A stretch of DNA of 64,000 nt, taken from NCBI GenBank assembly GCA_045863295.1, contig BTWA01000005.1, positions 168,154-232,153 of the forward strand, read 5' to 3'. The DNA comes from Candidatus Hydrogenedentota bacterium. Lineage in GTDB: Bacteria > Hydrogenedentota > Hydrogenedentia > Hydrogenedentales > SLHB01. Position numbers and translations under genes: made by a program. The notes below the pieces were generated by a model that saw only the letters and a program-made list of their open reading frames with translations, did no database searches and was not told where the DNA came from. Every line of letters begins with the position of its first letter. The first letter of the stretch is position 1. Positions 29,502-40,160 of the stretch are shown piece by piece.

Positions 29502-30523
29502 ATATCCTGCCTGTCTATCCGCTGATACAGCAGCGGAGGGTTGTATTCATCTTCCACGTCTTGAATATTGACCACGCGGAGAAAACCCCGTTCATGCAAG
29601 TGCTCCACGTGGGCGCCCGTCTCCAAGAGCGCCAGCAACACGTGATAGTGCTGCTGATTCTTGAACATTCCCTTGGACAAGTCGCGAATAGTCTTTGGTT
29701 CATCGCACAGCGACAAAACTTTTTGCATGCGCGCTTCATGAAACTGAAGCGTTTCCGATATTCGTCCCTTCAAATCGTCCATGGCAAACTCATGCCCGCC
29801 CAGGCCGATCCGGATACCGTCCAATTCCGCCAACTTAGCGAGAGATTCCGTGTAGTGGCCGAGCCCGGTATAGCGCGCTATGAATTCAGGGGATTGGATT
29901 GGCGTCGTATGACTCAACACATGATCTGCCGTGAACACTATGTCGTTTAGCCGCAGGCAAACCTGCCCCGGACAGTGTCCGGGCGTGTGAATGGAAGTCA
30001 GAGAGGTTCCGGGCACCGTCCCTTCCGCAAAAGTAAAGTCTACAGGTGTCGCCTCGAAATAGTCTTTAGACCACTTATTCATCGAGACCAGTTCTTGTAC
30101 GCGATGATTGGGCACACCCGCCCGCTCAAGGTAGATATGGAGATTCTTCGAGGAGAGTATGAGCCGTTCCTGAAACTGCGAGAGGATGCTAGCATCCAAC
30201 TCGTGAATACCGATGCGCGCACCGGATTTCTCTACGACATAGTTGACGCCGCCAAAATGATCAATATGTCCGTGCGTCAGGACAAGGATTTGAACGTCAG
30301 ACAATGCGATGGATTCGTCAAAGCTGTTTTTCAGTTCAGAAAAAGCAGTTTCGAGCGATTCATTTGACGAAGCAAAACCGGATCCGGCGTCAATCAATAT
30401 TACTGGTTCGCCCGTCAACAAGTAGCAATTCGTGAAATGATTCGGAAATGCCTCCACGGGCAATTTGTACACGCGTTGTCCATCGGCAGTGTCATATCGC
30501 CGGATAACAGGGTCATTTTTCAT
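29498..30523 (-). CDS. MBL-fold metallo-hydrolase
   Basis: THGHIDHFGG, TPGHCPG, ADH, GGH. Confidence 0.9.
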   Translation of the reverse strand: MKNDPVIRRYDTADGQRVYKLPVEAFPNHFTNCYLLTGEPVILIDAGSGFASSNESLETAFSELKNSFDESIALSDVQILVLTHGHIDHFGGVNYVVEKSGARIGIHELDASILSQFQERLILSSKNLHIYLERAGVPNHRVQELVSMNKWSKDYFEATPVDFTFAEGTVPGTSLTSIHTPGHCPGQVCLRLNDIVFTADHVLSHTTPIQSPEFIARYTGLGHYTESLAKLAELDGIRIGLGGHEFAMDDLKGRISETLQFHEARMQKVLSLCDEPKTIRDLSKGMFKNQQHYHVLLALLETGAHVEHLHERGFLRVVNIQDVEDEYNPPLLYQRIDRQDI

Positions 30524-30568
30524 AACAATTAGCCCAATACAAGTTCACGACAATCCATGCGTATCGAA

Positions 30569-31975
30569 TCAGGAGGAGGTGTCCGTCGCCGGGTCTGCAT
30601 GCCAACGGAATGTAGCCACGGACTTAGGCGGGACTTCCGCCGAGAAATACCGGGAACCGTGCGCCACCGCTATCTGTCTAACCTTCTGAATCGAATTTAC
30701 CACGACGAGCACAATTGCCCCTTTCCCGTCTTTGAATGCAACGTGCGTGAAATCGTTTCCCACTTCTCCGGTTTCAATTCGTACGGCGCCTTCCGGAATG
30801 AATTTCATCAATTGTCCATAAAGGTAGTAGTCAGGATTGTACCTTACGGTCCCATCGTTCAGCAGTTCGATAGGGGTTTGGCTCGCACTATGAGGCCCGT
30901 TGTTGGGTTTTCGGTTTTCATCAAGCATGATTACCCAAGCATTGTACGAACGAGACCAATTGCGGAGTATTTCCACTATGCGTGATGCACCTCGGATTCG
31001 GAACACAGATCCCTCGGTAAAGTAAACGTGCTTGTCAGGGAATTCACCATACAGCATAGACTGGGCATTAACCTTGCCCTCATAGTGGTGAAATCCGGTG
31101 CCATCCACAAAGTGCGCCGCTTGCGGATCAGAGAGCACCGTTCGAGGAAAGCTCAACAGGTTCCAGTTGTGATCCCAACACCAGATCTTCGTTTCGACTC
31201 CTGCCCTTCTGAATGTAGGCCCCAAATGGTCTCGAATGAAGTCGCGCTGCTCTTCGCCGGTCCAATGACATGTGGGATACTCCGGATTGGGATAGTCCGG
31301 TTCATTTTGCGGTGTAACCGCATAGATTGGTATACCTTCCGATGCATACGCCTTAATGAACTTGACAAAGTAGCTTGCGTAGGCATCGTACCATTCCGGT
31401 TTCAGCTTTCCCGCAAGCATGGATTCATTGGTCTTCATCCAGGCAGGAGGACTCCATGGAGAAGCGAAGAACCGCAAGTCTGGGTTTATTGACAACGCCA
31501 ACTTGACGACCGGAAGAATATATGCCTTGTCTTTTTCTATGGAGAAATGTGCCAACTCCGGGTCGGATTCGCCGGCATCCACATCGCAATACGAGTACCA
31601 TGGCTCCGGCGTGAAGTCCGGCGTTCCCATACATAGCCGCATCAAATTCATTCCTATGCCCATTTCAGGGTGAACAATCTTGGTAAGAATCCGCTTTTGG
31701 GCGTCAGGTGGGAGCTGGGAGATATTGTAACAGGTTGCATGGTCAAACGACGCCCCCAGGCCAAGTATGGACTGATACACTTGAGAGTCGTCTACGTTAA
31801 TGAGGAGCGACTTTCTGCGTGCAGGTCGTTCGCCCAATACCAAGGGAGGCATTGGCCGAAGTTGATACTCAGCATTCTCGGTACTGACCCACCAGTCAAC
31901 CGATTGGCACAGGGCCGAGGGAGAGAAGATGGTAATTACCAAAAAAACCAATCGTGCTTTGCGTATGGCGTGCAT
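30569..31975 (-). CDS. Glycoside hydrolase family 30 (glucosylceramidase-like)
   Basis: FASPWSPPAWMK, QNEP (acid/base), WDHNW, FTEG (nucleophile); signal peptide. Confidence 0.9.
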   Translation of the reverse strand: MHAIRKARLVFLVITIFSPSALCQSVDWWVSTENAEYQLRPMPPLVLGERPARRKSLLINVDDSQVYQSILGLGASFDHATCYNISQLPPDAQKRILTKIVHPEMGIGMNLMRLCMGTPDFTPEPWYSYCDVDAGESDPELAHFSIEKDKAYILPVVKLALSINPDLRFFASPWSPPAWMKTNESMLAGKLKPEWYDAYASYFVKFIKAYASEGIPIYAVTPQNEPDYPNPEYPTCHWTGEEQRDFIRDHLGPTFRRAGVETKIWCWDHNWNLLSFPRTVLSDPQAAHFVDGTGFHHYEGKVNAQSMLYGEFPDKHVYFTEGSVFRIRGASRIVEILRNWSRSYNAWVIMLDENRKPNNGPHSASQTPIELLNDGTVRYNPDYYLYGQLMKFIPEGAVRIETGEVGNDFTHVAFKDGKGAIVLVVVNSIQKVRQIAVAHGSRYFSAEVPPKSVATFRWHADPATDTSS

Positions 31976-32035
31976 AGCGCTGCCTACTCCTATGGAGTTC
32001 TTTGATCCTTTGAATCTAAATAACGAACCCGGGAC

Positions 32036-34324
32036 TCATTTCAGAAACCCGTGATACATTCCCATGTAATACGGCAGTAGGTAAAAAGTGCCTTCGTACT
32101 CGGTGGTGCCCCCCGAAACGGCGTCCAAACTGAAGTGATCGCTGTTAATCCGGATGTGACTTCGTTCCGCAATAGGGATGGCCTCGTTGGTGACCACCGA
32201 CCAGCCGTATGCCGGTTTGGCTCGCGGTGTTGGGTCTTGCACCACGTCCAAGCGATGGCTGTTCTTCATGTCCCACCCAATCAAAAGAAGCGGAGTACTG
32301 CGTAGCGTGGGAATGGCTTTGTCGATAATCGCCTGGAAATCTAGCACAACATCGTCAACTATGGGTTTTTCCTTGTCAGGAAAAACGGCCGCAAACACAA
32401 AGCTAAAGAAAGGGTCGTTCTGACGTGCGACAAATTGAAAGCTTCGGTCGAGACTGGTGCGATAGGCGCGAAGGAGTGCCGGGTCAGTTTCGTACTTCAA
32501 GAGGGGATAGTAACTGAGAAAAGCGAGATTCGAATCCCATGGCACAACGTGATCCGGAGGAAAAAGCCAGCGGCCGTAAATAGCATTTATGTGGTAAGCG
32601 TGATTGTCTCTGAGAAACTTCGCCGTCTCCAGATACTTTGGGTTGCCGGTGCAATGGTATGCAACGTTTAGAAATGACAGCATTTCGACGGCCTGCAGAC
32701 CACGATCCGCGTAACCGCCGGGAATAGAATTACAGTATTCAGGCGACCAATTTGCCCATCGAGTCGGAAGTCCGTCATGATCCACCAGCTTAAACCCGTT
32801 GTCAACGATGTGCGACGTGAGTGCATCAACAATCGCGGCTACTTCCTCCTTTTCTTCCTGAGAATCCGCGACAAGGTCAAAATACGTGGAGAAAAAGAAA
32901 TAGTGGCCGCAAATTTCGTCGGAACTTGTGTCGCACTTCCAAAAATATCTTCCATCGGCGGATTTCGGCCACCGAGGGAGGATATCTTTCCACAATGGAT
33001 CCGTCGCTTTTTCGGCAGCATTCATAGCCGCGTTGTGCTTCAAGTTCGGATCCTCCGGCCAATTCACGGGCACGACCGATCGTGCAGGAAAACCCGGAAT
33101 GCCGGTGACATCGTAAAGCAGCTTCATGGCCTCAAAGCAACGGCGGGCACGCGTTTTCGCTTCCGGATCCTTTGTCGCGCCGTAGCGAAAAGCCTGTGAC
33201 GCACCATACATGGCGGTATAGAGGCCGTCATTGTCCGTGTGATTAATCCAGGCCGATTCCAGCTCACCGGGCTCGTTAAACAAGCACCTGACGACAAAGC
33301 CCATGCGTGTGTGGCGTTCATCTACAATTAGTTCAAAATGTTGCGCCTTTTCGGCGAGCGTGATCGGAAACCGTTCAATGAATGCGATTCCCTTGTTGGT
33401 GGCTACCCAGGCCGATCCGTTGCGATCCGCGGCGATGTCGTTTACGTGATTGTCCGGCAGCCAGCGCAACGACGCCCGATATCCCCACGCGGTTCCGTCA
33501 AAAAAAAGCGAGCCATCCTCGGTTCCGAACCAAGCGATCCCTCCGCCGGAAGATGCACACGTGAACCTGTTGTAAGGTAACCCCTCGCGCCCCGTATAGA
33601 GTGCCCACTTTTCGTCCTTGTACATGCCGGCGCCATTTTCCGATCCAATCCAGAATTTGCCATCTTGCGCAGTTAATGCATTTACGTTGCGGGGAGCCCA
33701 ACTGTAACTATGGTCGGACGGATACAGGGGACTAGCTTCCAGCTGAGAAGTTCCGGGGTCGATCTTGTACAGGCCTCCGTCGGTTCCCACAAAGATAGCT
33801 TGGGGAGTCGACGCTAGAGCACGAACCGTTCCTCCGAGACCTGGAATGGGTGCCAATCGGTCACCGATCTTTAAATAGATACCCTTTTCACCGCCAATGA
33901 GCACCCCCTTGTCGCACACGTCAATTCCAGTGATAACTCCAATTTGAGGGAACGGATAGACGTCCCACTGATTACCGTCCCATTCCGCAATCTCTTTGGC
34001 GGAGTAGGCCCAGATTTGTCGGCCGGAAGCTAGCAGTCCAATTAAGTCATGCTCCGATGCCGCTCCCCAGTCCGGGCCATCACTCCATTTCGTCCAAATA
34101 CGTAGGTCCGCGTCAAAACGGTAGATTGCGCTATTCGGGAATCCGGCTAGCGGTGCACCGTCGGAATCCAGTTCGATCGCCGTCACTCGGCCGGCCGGTA
34201 GACCGTCCTTTTCGTCAAAGAACTCGGCACGTTCCTGCACAAACGGTTCATTGACCATCGCCGCCGGCTCCAAGGAAGCCGCCAAGGTACAGATACTGGA
34301 CACTGTGAGAATGAATCCAAACAC
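32036..34324 (-). CDS. Secreted beta-propeller + helical-domain protein, paralogue of 25786..28176
   Basis: GLPYNR, LRWLPDNHV, DNDGLYTAMYGA, WPKSADG..WKCDTSSDE, YYMGMYHGF. Confidence 0.8.
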   Translation of the reverse strand: MFGFILTVSSICTLAASLEPAAMVNEPFVQERAEFFDEKDGLPAGRVTAIELDSDGAPLAGFPNSAIYRFDADLRIWTKWSDGPDWGAASEHDLIGLLASGRQIWAYSAKEIAEWDGNQWDVYPFPQIGVITGIDVCDKGVLIGGEKGIYLKIGDRLAPIPGLGGTVRALASTPQAIFVGTDGGLYKIDPGTSQLEASPLYPSDHSYSWAPRNVNALTAQDGKFWIGSENGAGMYKDEKWALYTGREGLPYNRFTCASSGGGIAWFGTEDGSLFFDGTAWGYRASLRWLPDNHVNDIAADRNGSAWVATNKGIAFIERFPITLAEKAQHFELIVDERHTRMGFVVRCLFNEPGELESAWINHTDNDGLYTAMYGASQAFRYGATKDPEAKTRARRCFEAMKLLYDVTGIPGFPARSVVPVNWPEDPNLKHNAAMNAAEKATDPLWKDILPRWPKSADGRYFWKCDTSSDEICGHYFFFSTYFDLVADSQEEKEEVAAIVDALTSHIVDNGFKLVDHDGLPTRWANWSPEYCNSIPGGYADRGLQAVEMLSFLNVAYHCTGNPKYLETAKFLRDNHAYHINAIYGRWLFPPDHVVPWDSNLAFLSYYPLLKYETDPALLRAYRTSLDRSFQFVARQNDPFFSFVFAAVFPDKEKPIVDDVVLDFQAIIDKAIPTLRSTPLLLIGWDMKNSHRLDVVQDPTPRAKPAYGWSVVTNEAIPIAERSHIRINSDHFSLDAVSGGTTEYEGTFYLLPYYMGMYHGFLK

Positions 34325-34565
34325 GGTTCAACTCCTGCGATGTCTTGCAGCGGAAGAGACAAGGAATGGGAATAATCGCTTGACGGTTACGCGTTGCAAC
34401 CCCGCCACGTTGTAACAAGAAATCAATATGACAATCAACGGTAGGGATTCTACGAAATCCAAGAGGCCTCCCCGGGCCAATTGTCAAGTAGCGCCGGCCG
34501 CACCAATAGCAGTACGATATCCGTTTTGCTCTGGAGTCATACGACCGAGTTGTCTGGTAGATGCG

Positions 34566-37500
34566 ATGAACTTGCCTTTACTTAAATATTCCAACGCAAT
34601 TGCGGAAAAGTTGGTGGATGCCAAGGCGCCCTTGGTCGAACTCGTCGGACCATGGGGATCGGCAAAGTCACTTTACGCGGTGCAGGTTGCCACCGCAACA
34701 GAACGCCCGTTGCTCGTTGTTGCGCCTGGCCGTATTGAGGCCGAAGGCATTTACGAAGACCTGATCGCGTTCGAGGATCCCGCGCGCTGCGCATTACTTC
34801 CCGCTTGGGAAGTAATGCCGGCCGACATCATGGATCCAACGGACGACATAGTGGCCGAGCGGATGAGCGCGCTTATGCAGCTAGCCGATGCGTTGGCCGC
34901 GGGCGTACCCATGAGGCTGGTGGCGCCGGTCCGTTCAATTATGCAGCGAGTCGTGAAACGGGACCGTCTTGCAGAACAGACCGTTCGCCTTCGTGTGGGC
35001 GAGGAAACCGATTTGGACGCCCTGATCCGTACGCTCGGGTTGCTTGGCTATGAACGCGAACTCATGGTCGAGCAACGGGGACAGATGAGTGTGCGGGGTG
35101 GGATATTCGACATTTTCCCAATCTCCAGCGAATTGCCATACAGGATCGAGTTCTTCGGCGATGAGATCGAGTCTATTCGCCGGTTTGAACCTGAAACCCA
35201 GCGCAGTGTCGACCACATTCGCGAGATTGTCATCCTTCCCAGGTCGGAGAAAACCGAATTGCAGCGGTCTGCAGGCGATCAGTCACTCGCGTTTATCACT
35301 GATTACCTGCCGGAAAACGCAATCATTGCGTTGGACGAACCGGCCGCAATTTCAGAAGAGGCGCACAAACTGGCAGGTCAACTCGGGGATAACCCGTACA
35401 TAGCTACATGGGAAAGCGTGGAGCGGGAGTTCGAGAGCCGTGCAAGGATAGCCATGGCGCAAGTGGCTCACGAGGCCGCCGCCAAGGCGATGAGGGTGAC
35501 CGCGCCGTTCACCAGCGTGACCGGATGGCATGGACAGGCGGAGGGCTTCTGGGGGCAACTAAAGACTTGGGATTCGGAGGGATACACCGTCGCCGTGTAT
35601 TGCGCCAACAGCGGCGAACGGCGGCGCCTGATCGAGTTGGCCGAAGAAAAGGGGTACCGAATTGGCGAGGACCGGTTCGATTTACGCATCGAGATTGGCC
35701 GTCCCAGGGCAGCATTTGCCTCAGCAGTAGACAAACTTGCGGTGGTTAGCGAGCGGGAGATCTTCGGACGCCATCACATGCGTCGCCAGCGCAGGCGGTT
35801 TGAAGCGGGCGCGGCAATCACCGCCTTCAGCGATCTGAAATCCGGCGACTACATTGTGCACTCGCAGCACGGTATTGGCCGATACCTTGGCATACGCCGG
35901 TTCGAAGGCAAGGCCGGCGATTTCCTCGCGCTGCAGTATATGGGCGGGGACAAGTTGTATGTGCCGGTTACGCACATTGACATGGTGCAGAAATACACCG
36001 GCGGCGACGGTACACTCCCCAAAGTCGACCGGCTGGGTGGCGCAACTTGGGCCAAGACCAAGGCCCGCGTCAAAAAAGCGCTTCGCGATATGACCGAGGA
36101 GTTGGTCAAGTTGTACGCTGCCCGCGAGGCCATGGAAGGGCACGCGTTTACGCCCGACACGCCGTGGCAACTCGAATTCGAGGATTCATTCGAGTACGAC
36201 GAAACACCCGATCAGGCTCGCGCCATCGATGACGTGAAGCGAGACATGGAATCGGCGAAACCCATGGATCGGCTTATCTGCGGCGACGTCGGTTTCGGCA
36301 AGACCGAGGTAGCTATGCGCGCGGCGTTTAAAGCGGTGATGGACGGTTACCAGGCGGCGGTATTGGCGCCGACGACCGTACTTGCGGAACAACATTACAA
36401 CACCTTTTGCGAACGCATGGCCGACTATCCGGTGCGTATTGAGATGCTGAGCCGGTTTCGGTCCCCAAAACAGCAAGCCGAAACCGTAGAGAAATTGAAG
36501 TCCGGCGACGTAGATATCGTGATCGGGACGCACCGCATCATTTCAAAGGACGTACAGTACAACAAGCTGGGCCTACTCATCATTGACGAAGAACAAAAAT
36601 TCGGCGTCGCGCAGAAGGAAAAGGTCAAGAAGTTCCGTACCATGGTTGACGTGTTGACGATGTCGGCAACTCCCATACCGCGGACGTTGAACATGGCGTT
36701 TATGGGGATTCGCGATATGAGCCTTATTAACACCGCGCCGAACGATCGGCTGCCCGTGCATACGTGCATCGAAGTGTTCAACGAACAATTGATTCAAGAG
36801 GCCATCAACCGGGAGTTAGCGAGAAACGGCCAGGTGTTCTTTCTCCACAATCGCGTGCAGACTATCCATGCGATGGCGGATGCCACTCATCGGCTCGTTC
36901 CGCATGCGCGTATTGCCGTTGGCCATGGGCAAATGAACGAGAAGGATCTCGAGCGCGTCATGACCGGATTCATTCACCGAGAGTACGACGTGCTGGTTTG
37001 TACGACGATTATCGGATCGGGCATCGACATTCCCAATGCAAACACAATTCTTATCAACAATGCCGATCGGTTTGGGCTGTCCGAATTGTATCAGTTGAGA
37101 GGCCGGGTTGGACGCTACAAACACCGCGCGTTTGCGTATCTGTTGGTGGCCGGCGATAAGGCGCTTACTGAAGACGCGCAAAAACGCCTAAAGGCATTGG
37201 AGGAATTCTCTTCGCTCGGGGCGGGTTTCAGGTTGGCCATGCGCGATCTGGAAATTCGAGGATGCGGAAATCTGCTGGGCGGCGAGCAACATGGCAACAT
37301 ATCCTCTGTCGGATACGAGACGTACGCGCAACTGGTGGCGGAGGCCGTATCCGAACTGCGTGGCCAGCCCATCGTACGCCGGTTCTTGCCGCCTTGCGAG
37401 ATTGCTATCGATGCGTATATCCCTGAAGAATATGTCCACTCGGAAACGCAGCGCATCACACTTTACAAGCGAATTACAGGTGTACTGAACTTGGAAGAGG

Positions 37501-37829
37501 TAGACGAGTTAAACGAAGAACTTGCTGATCGGTTTGGCCAGCCTCCGCGACCAGTCCAACGCCTCTTGGACGTGATGCGCGTTCGCGCATTGGGCGCAGA
37601 CGTATCGGTTTCACGCGTGGTCATTGCGAAAACCGCCGTCGTGCTCGAGTTCGACAGCCCGGACAGGCTGTCCCGAAGGAATCGGGAAACCCTGCAAAGT
37701 GCATTCGGTAGCCGCCTTGAATTCGCTTGGAACGAAAAGCCTTCACTAACCCTGAAACTGGATCCCGGTATGGACGAAGACCCCCTCAAAGTGGCCCAGG
37801 GACTCTGCAAGACCTTGGGTGAACTTTAG
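34566..37829 (+). CDS. mfd: Transcription-repair coupling factor
   Basis: VRGGIFDIFP, HGIGRY (RID), PMDRLICGDVGFGKTEVA, DEEQKFG, SATPIPRTL, QLRGRVGR, DLEIRGCGNLLG. Confidence 0.97.
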   Translation: MNLPLLKYSNAIAEKLVDAKAPLVELVGPWGSAKSLYAVQVATATERPLLVVAPGRIEAEGIYEDLIAFEDPARCALLPAWEVMPADIMDPTDDIVAERMSALMQLADALAAGVPMRLVAPVRSIMQRVVKRDRLAEQTVRLRVGEETDLDALIRTLGLLGYERELMVEQRGQMSVRGGIFDIFPISSELPYRIEFFGDEIESIRRFEPETQRSVDHIREIVILPRSEKTELQRSAGDQSLAFITDYLPENAIIALDEPAAISEEAHKLAGQLGDNPYIATWESVEREFESRARIAMAQVAHEAAAKAMRVTAPFTSVTGWHGQAEGFWGQLKTWDSEGYTVAVYCANSGERRRLIELAEEKGYRIGEDRFDLRIEIGRPRAAFASAVDKLAVVSEREIFGRHHMRRQRRRFEAGAAITAFSDLKSGDYIVHSQHGIGRYLGIRRFEGKAGDFLALQYMGGDKLYVPVTHIDMVQKYTGGDGTLPKVDRLGGATWAKTKARVKKALRDMTEELVKLYAAREAMEGHAFTPDTPWQLEFEDSFEYDETPDQARAIDDVKRDMESAKPMDRLICGDVGFGKTEVAMRAAFKAVMDGYQAAVLAPTTVLAEQHYNTFCERMADYPVRIEMLSRFRSPKQQAETVEKLKSGDVDIVIGTHRIISKDVQYNKLGLLIIDEEQKFGVAQKEKVKKFRTMVDVLTMSATPIPRTLNMAFMGIRDMSLINTAPNDRLPVHTCIEVFNEQLIQEAINRELARNGQVFFLHNRVQTIHAMADATHRLVPHARIAVGHGQMNEKDLERVMTGFIHREYDVLVCTTIIGSGIDIPNANTILINNADRFGLSELYQLRGRVGRYKHRAFAYLLVAGDKALTEDAQKRLKALEEFSSLGAGFRLAMRDLEIRGCGNLLGGEQHGNISSVGYETYAQLVAEAVSELRGQPIVRRFLPPCEIAIDAYIPEEYVHSETQRITLYKRITGVLNLEEVDELNEELADRFGQPPRPVQRLLDVMRVRALGADVSVSRVVIAKTAVVLEFDSPDRLSRRNRETLQSAFGSRLEFAWNEKPSLTLKLDPGMDEDPLKVAQGLCKTLGEL

Positions 37830-37867
37830 CCTTTCGTGATTTTGCAGTTGGTTAGATTTCGGAGCTT

Positions 37868-37896
37868 TGCATTCCCGCCATGGCTTCGGTACACTC
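37868..37896 (+). promoter_or_regulatory. Putative sigma-70 promoter for the response regulator
   Basis: TTGCAT-N17-TACACT. Confidence 0.45.
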
Positions 37897-38057
37897 CAAC
37901 CGCACTTCACGCCGGTCGGATGTCAAATTCCATTGCTGTTGGAGAATTCCGGGATTGCCAGCGGCACCTATTCGCTGGAATGAATGTGAGCCAAGTCCGT
38001 GTTTAGTGTATGAACTGGCCTGGAAACCCCCGAAGCGGTATCAAGGGAATTTCTGCA

Positions 38058-38474
38058 ATGACTTCCAGATTAGACGCAGAGACTATTCTGCTTATCGATG
38101 ACGACGAACTTATCTTGCGCGCGACCAAAATGGCGCTGGAGCATAACGGCTTTAACGTCAAGACCGCGTTAGGTGGCATCGAAGGCATCCGCGTGTTCAA
38201 AGAAGATCCGGAAGGCGTAAGGGCCGTAGTATTGGATTTCGCCATGCCTGATATGGATGGTAAAGACGTTTTTCACGCCTTGCGTGAAATTCGACTTGAT
38301 CTGCCGATCTTCATTTATACCGGTTGCACCATGGTAGACGTACAGGCCCGATTCGGAGACATTACCCCAACCGGCTTCATTCAGAAACCGCTGCGAGTGC
38401 AGCATCTGGTTCGGCTTTTGGCGGGACTTCCGAACGCGCGGCGCACGTCCCCGGCCAAGAATACCGCCTCTTAG
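38058..38474 (+). CDS. Single-domain response regulator
   Basis: LLIDDD, VLDFAMPDMDG, YTG, FIQKP. Confidence 0.88.
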   Translation: MTSRLDAETILLIDDDELILRATKMALEHNGFNVKTALGGIEGIRVFKEDPEGVRAVVLDFAMPDMDGKDVFHALREIRLDLPIFIYTGCTMVDVQARFGDITPTGFIQKPLRVQHLVRLLAGLPNARRTSPAKNTAS

Positions 38475-38494
38475 TCCCCAGCCCGTCATTCAAT

Positions 38495-39199
38495 TCATTG
38501 CCCTGGTGTCTGGGCATGCTGGAGATAGACTTCCTCGTAGGGTTGCACCACGACAAAACCCTGTCCATTGAATGCCATCTGCACGGATTCGCCGCTGCCG
38601 CGGCCAAGAAAGGTCTTTAGCGAGACATCGGTTTTGAATTCAGGCTGCAAAGTGCCAGACCACGCCACCGTGGCATTGGGATCGGTGTAGACCGGTTGGT
38701 TGGGTTGCACGAGCAGCGTAACCGGATCGTAATGCGTCGTGATTGCGACGAGCCCAGTCCCCTCAAGCCGGATGTTGAACAATCCCCCTGAAACCACAGC
38801 CGCAAGCTTTCGCATCATCTTGACGTCCCACTGGATCGTGGGTTCGAACGCGATCAAATCGTTGCCGTTGACGAAGATGGCCTCGTTGTTGAGATGCAGG
38901 ATTGTGATCTTCTTTCCCACGTCCGCCAAATAGACCGACCCCCGGCCGTCGGCGCGGGTGAGCCGCGCGCCTTCTCCGGTAACTGCCCGCTTGAGCATCT
39001 TGCCGAGACCGTGTTCCATCACGCCTTCGCGGGTGAATTTCACGTCGCCTCGATAAGCCACCATAACGCCTGTTTTAATCCAAACCGTGCCATTCAAATT
39101 CACTTCAAGCATACGCTCGTTTTCAAGCTCGAATAGCCCTTGGCCCTTATCCTTTTGGCTGGTCTTCTGAATGAACTCGTGTATGGAGTAGCGTTGCAT
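38495..39199 (-). CDS. AIM24 family protein
   Basis: GVMVAYRGDVKF, GGLFNIRLEGTG, DPNATVAWS, GRGSGESVQMAFNGQGFVVVQP. Confidence 0.88.
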   Translation of the reverse strand: MQRYSIHEFIQKTSQKDKGQGLFELENERMLEVNLNGTVWIKTGVMVAYRGDVKFTREGVMEHGLGKMLKRAVTGEGARLTRADGRGSVYLADVGKKITILHLNNEAIFVNGNDLIAFEPTIQWDVKMMRKLAAVVSGGLFNIRLEGTGLVAITTHYDPVTLLVQPNQPVYTDPNATVAWSGTLQPEFKTDVSLKTFLGRGSGESVQMAFNGQGFVVVQPYEEVYLQHAQTPGQ

Positions 39200-39238
39200 T
39201 CGTCGATCTCCCCAGTTGGGTTTCGGAAGACAATCAAA

Positions 39239-40036
39239 TCAAACATCGTCCTCGGTCAAAAACATGCCCATGGCATGATACCCGGAATCCACATGGACCA
39301 CCTCGCCTGTGACTCCGGAAGAGAGATCGGACAGCAAGTAGACCGAAGTTCCGGCTACGTCCTCGGCCGTGATGTTGCGGCGAAGGGGCGTGCATTCGCC
39401 GGATTTGTTCAGCATTTGCTTTACGCCGGAAATGGCACTCGCGGAGAGTGTACGCAGGGGGCCGGCGCTGACCGCGTTTACGCGGATGTTTTGCGGGCCA
39501 AGATCATAGGCCAGATACCGCGTGGAGGCTTCCAGCGCGGCCTTGGCCACTCCCATGACATTGTATCGAGGCACCACTTTCTCTGCGCCGTAATAGGTCA
39601 TAGTGATAATTGAGCCGCCATTTGTCATCAATGGAGCCGCTTCGCGCGATACGGCCACGAGCGAATATGCGGAAATATCCAATGCCATGGCAAAATTGGC
39701 ACGGGAAGTCGTTACATACTTGTCCTTCAAATCTTCTCGATCAGCATAGGCAATCGAGTGGATCACGAAATCAAGCCCGCCCCACTCTTGTCGTACTTGG
39801 TCGAAGAACGCGATAATTTCGATGTCTTTGGCCACGTCGCAGGCGAACATCTTGGCATTGGGAAGATTGTCGTCCAGCAACTTTTTCACGCGCTTCTCGA
39901 GCGCCTCGCCCAAGTAATTGAAAATAAGCGACGCGCCTTGAGCCGCGCATGCCTGCGCGCACGCCCATGCGATCGATTTTTCGTTCGCGACTCCCATGAC
40001 AACGCCGCGCTTCCCCGCCAGGATCCCTTCAGCCAT
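39239..40036 (-). CDS. fabI: Enoyl-ACP reductase
   Basis: GVANEKSIAW, HSIAYA, YNVMGVAKAALE, VNAVSAGPLRTL. Confidence 0.96.
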   Translation of the reverse strand: MAEGILAGKRGVVMGVANEKSIAWACAQACAAQGASLIFNYLGEALEKRVKKLLDDNLPNAKMFACDVAKDIEIIAFFDQVRQEWGGLDFVIHSIAYADREDLKDKYVTTSRANFAMALDISAYSLVAVSREAAPLMTNGGSIITMTYYGAEKVVPRYNVMGVAKAALEASTRYLAYDLGPQNIRVNAVSAGPLRTLSASAISGVKQMLNKSGECTPLRRNITAEDVAGTSVYLLSDLSSGVTGEVVHVDSGYHAMGMFLTEDDV

Positions 40037-40160
40037 GTTCAGCCCTTCCTTTTCAAACGCCTGCGCCCTTGCGCGGTGAGATGGTGGATTCGTCAGAAGT
40101 CGCGTATTATCCCGAAAAGTGGTGGATTGAACAAGCGCGAAGGCCGGCGAAAGGAAATGG

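Noticed and set aside
38495..39199. AIM24 as a eukaryote-derived gene
   Set aside because: The family is widespread in bacteria and archaea; unremarkable here.
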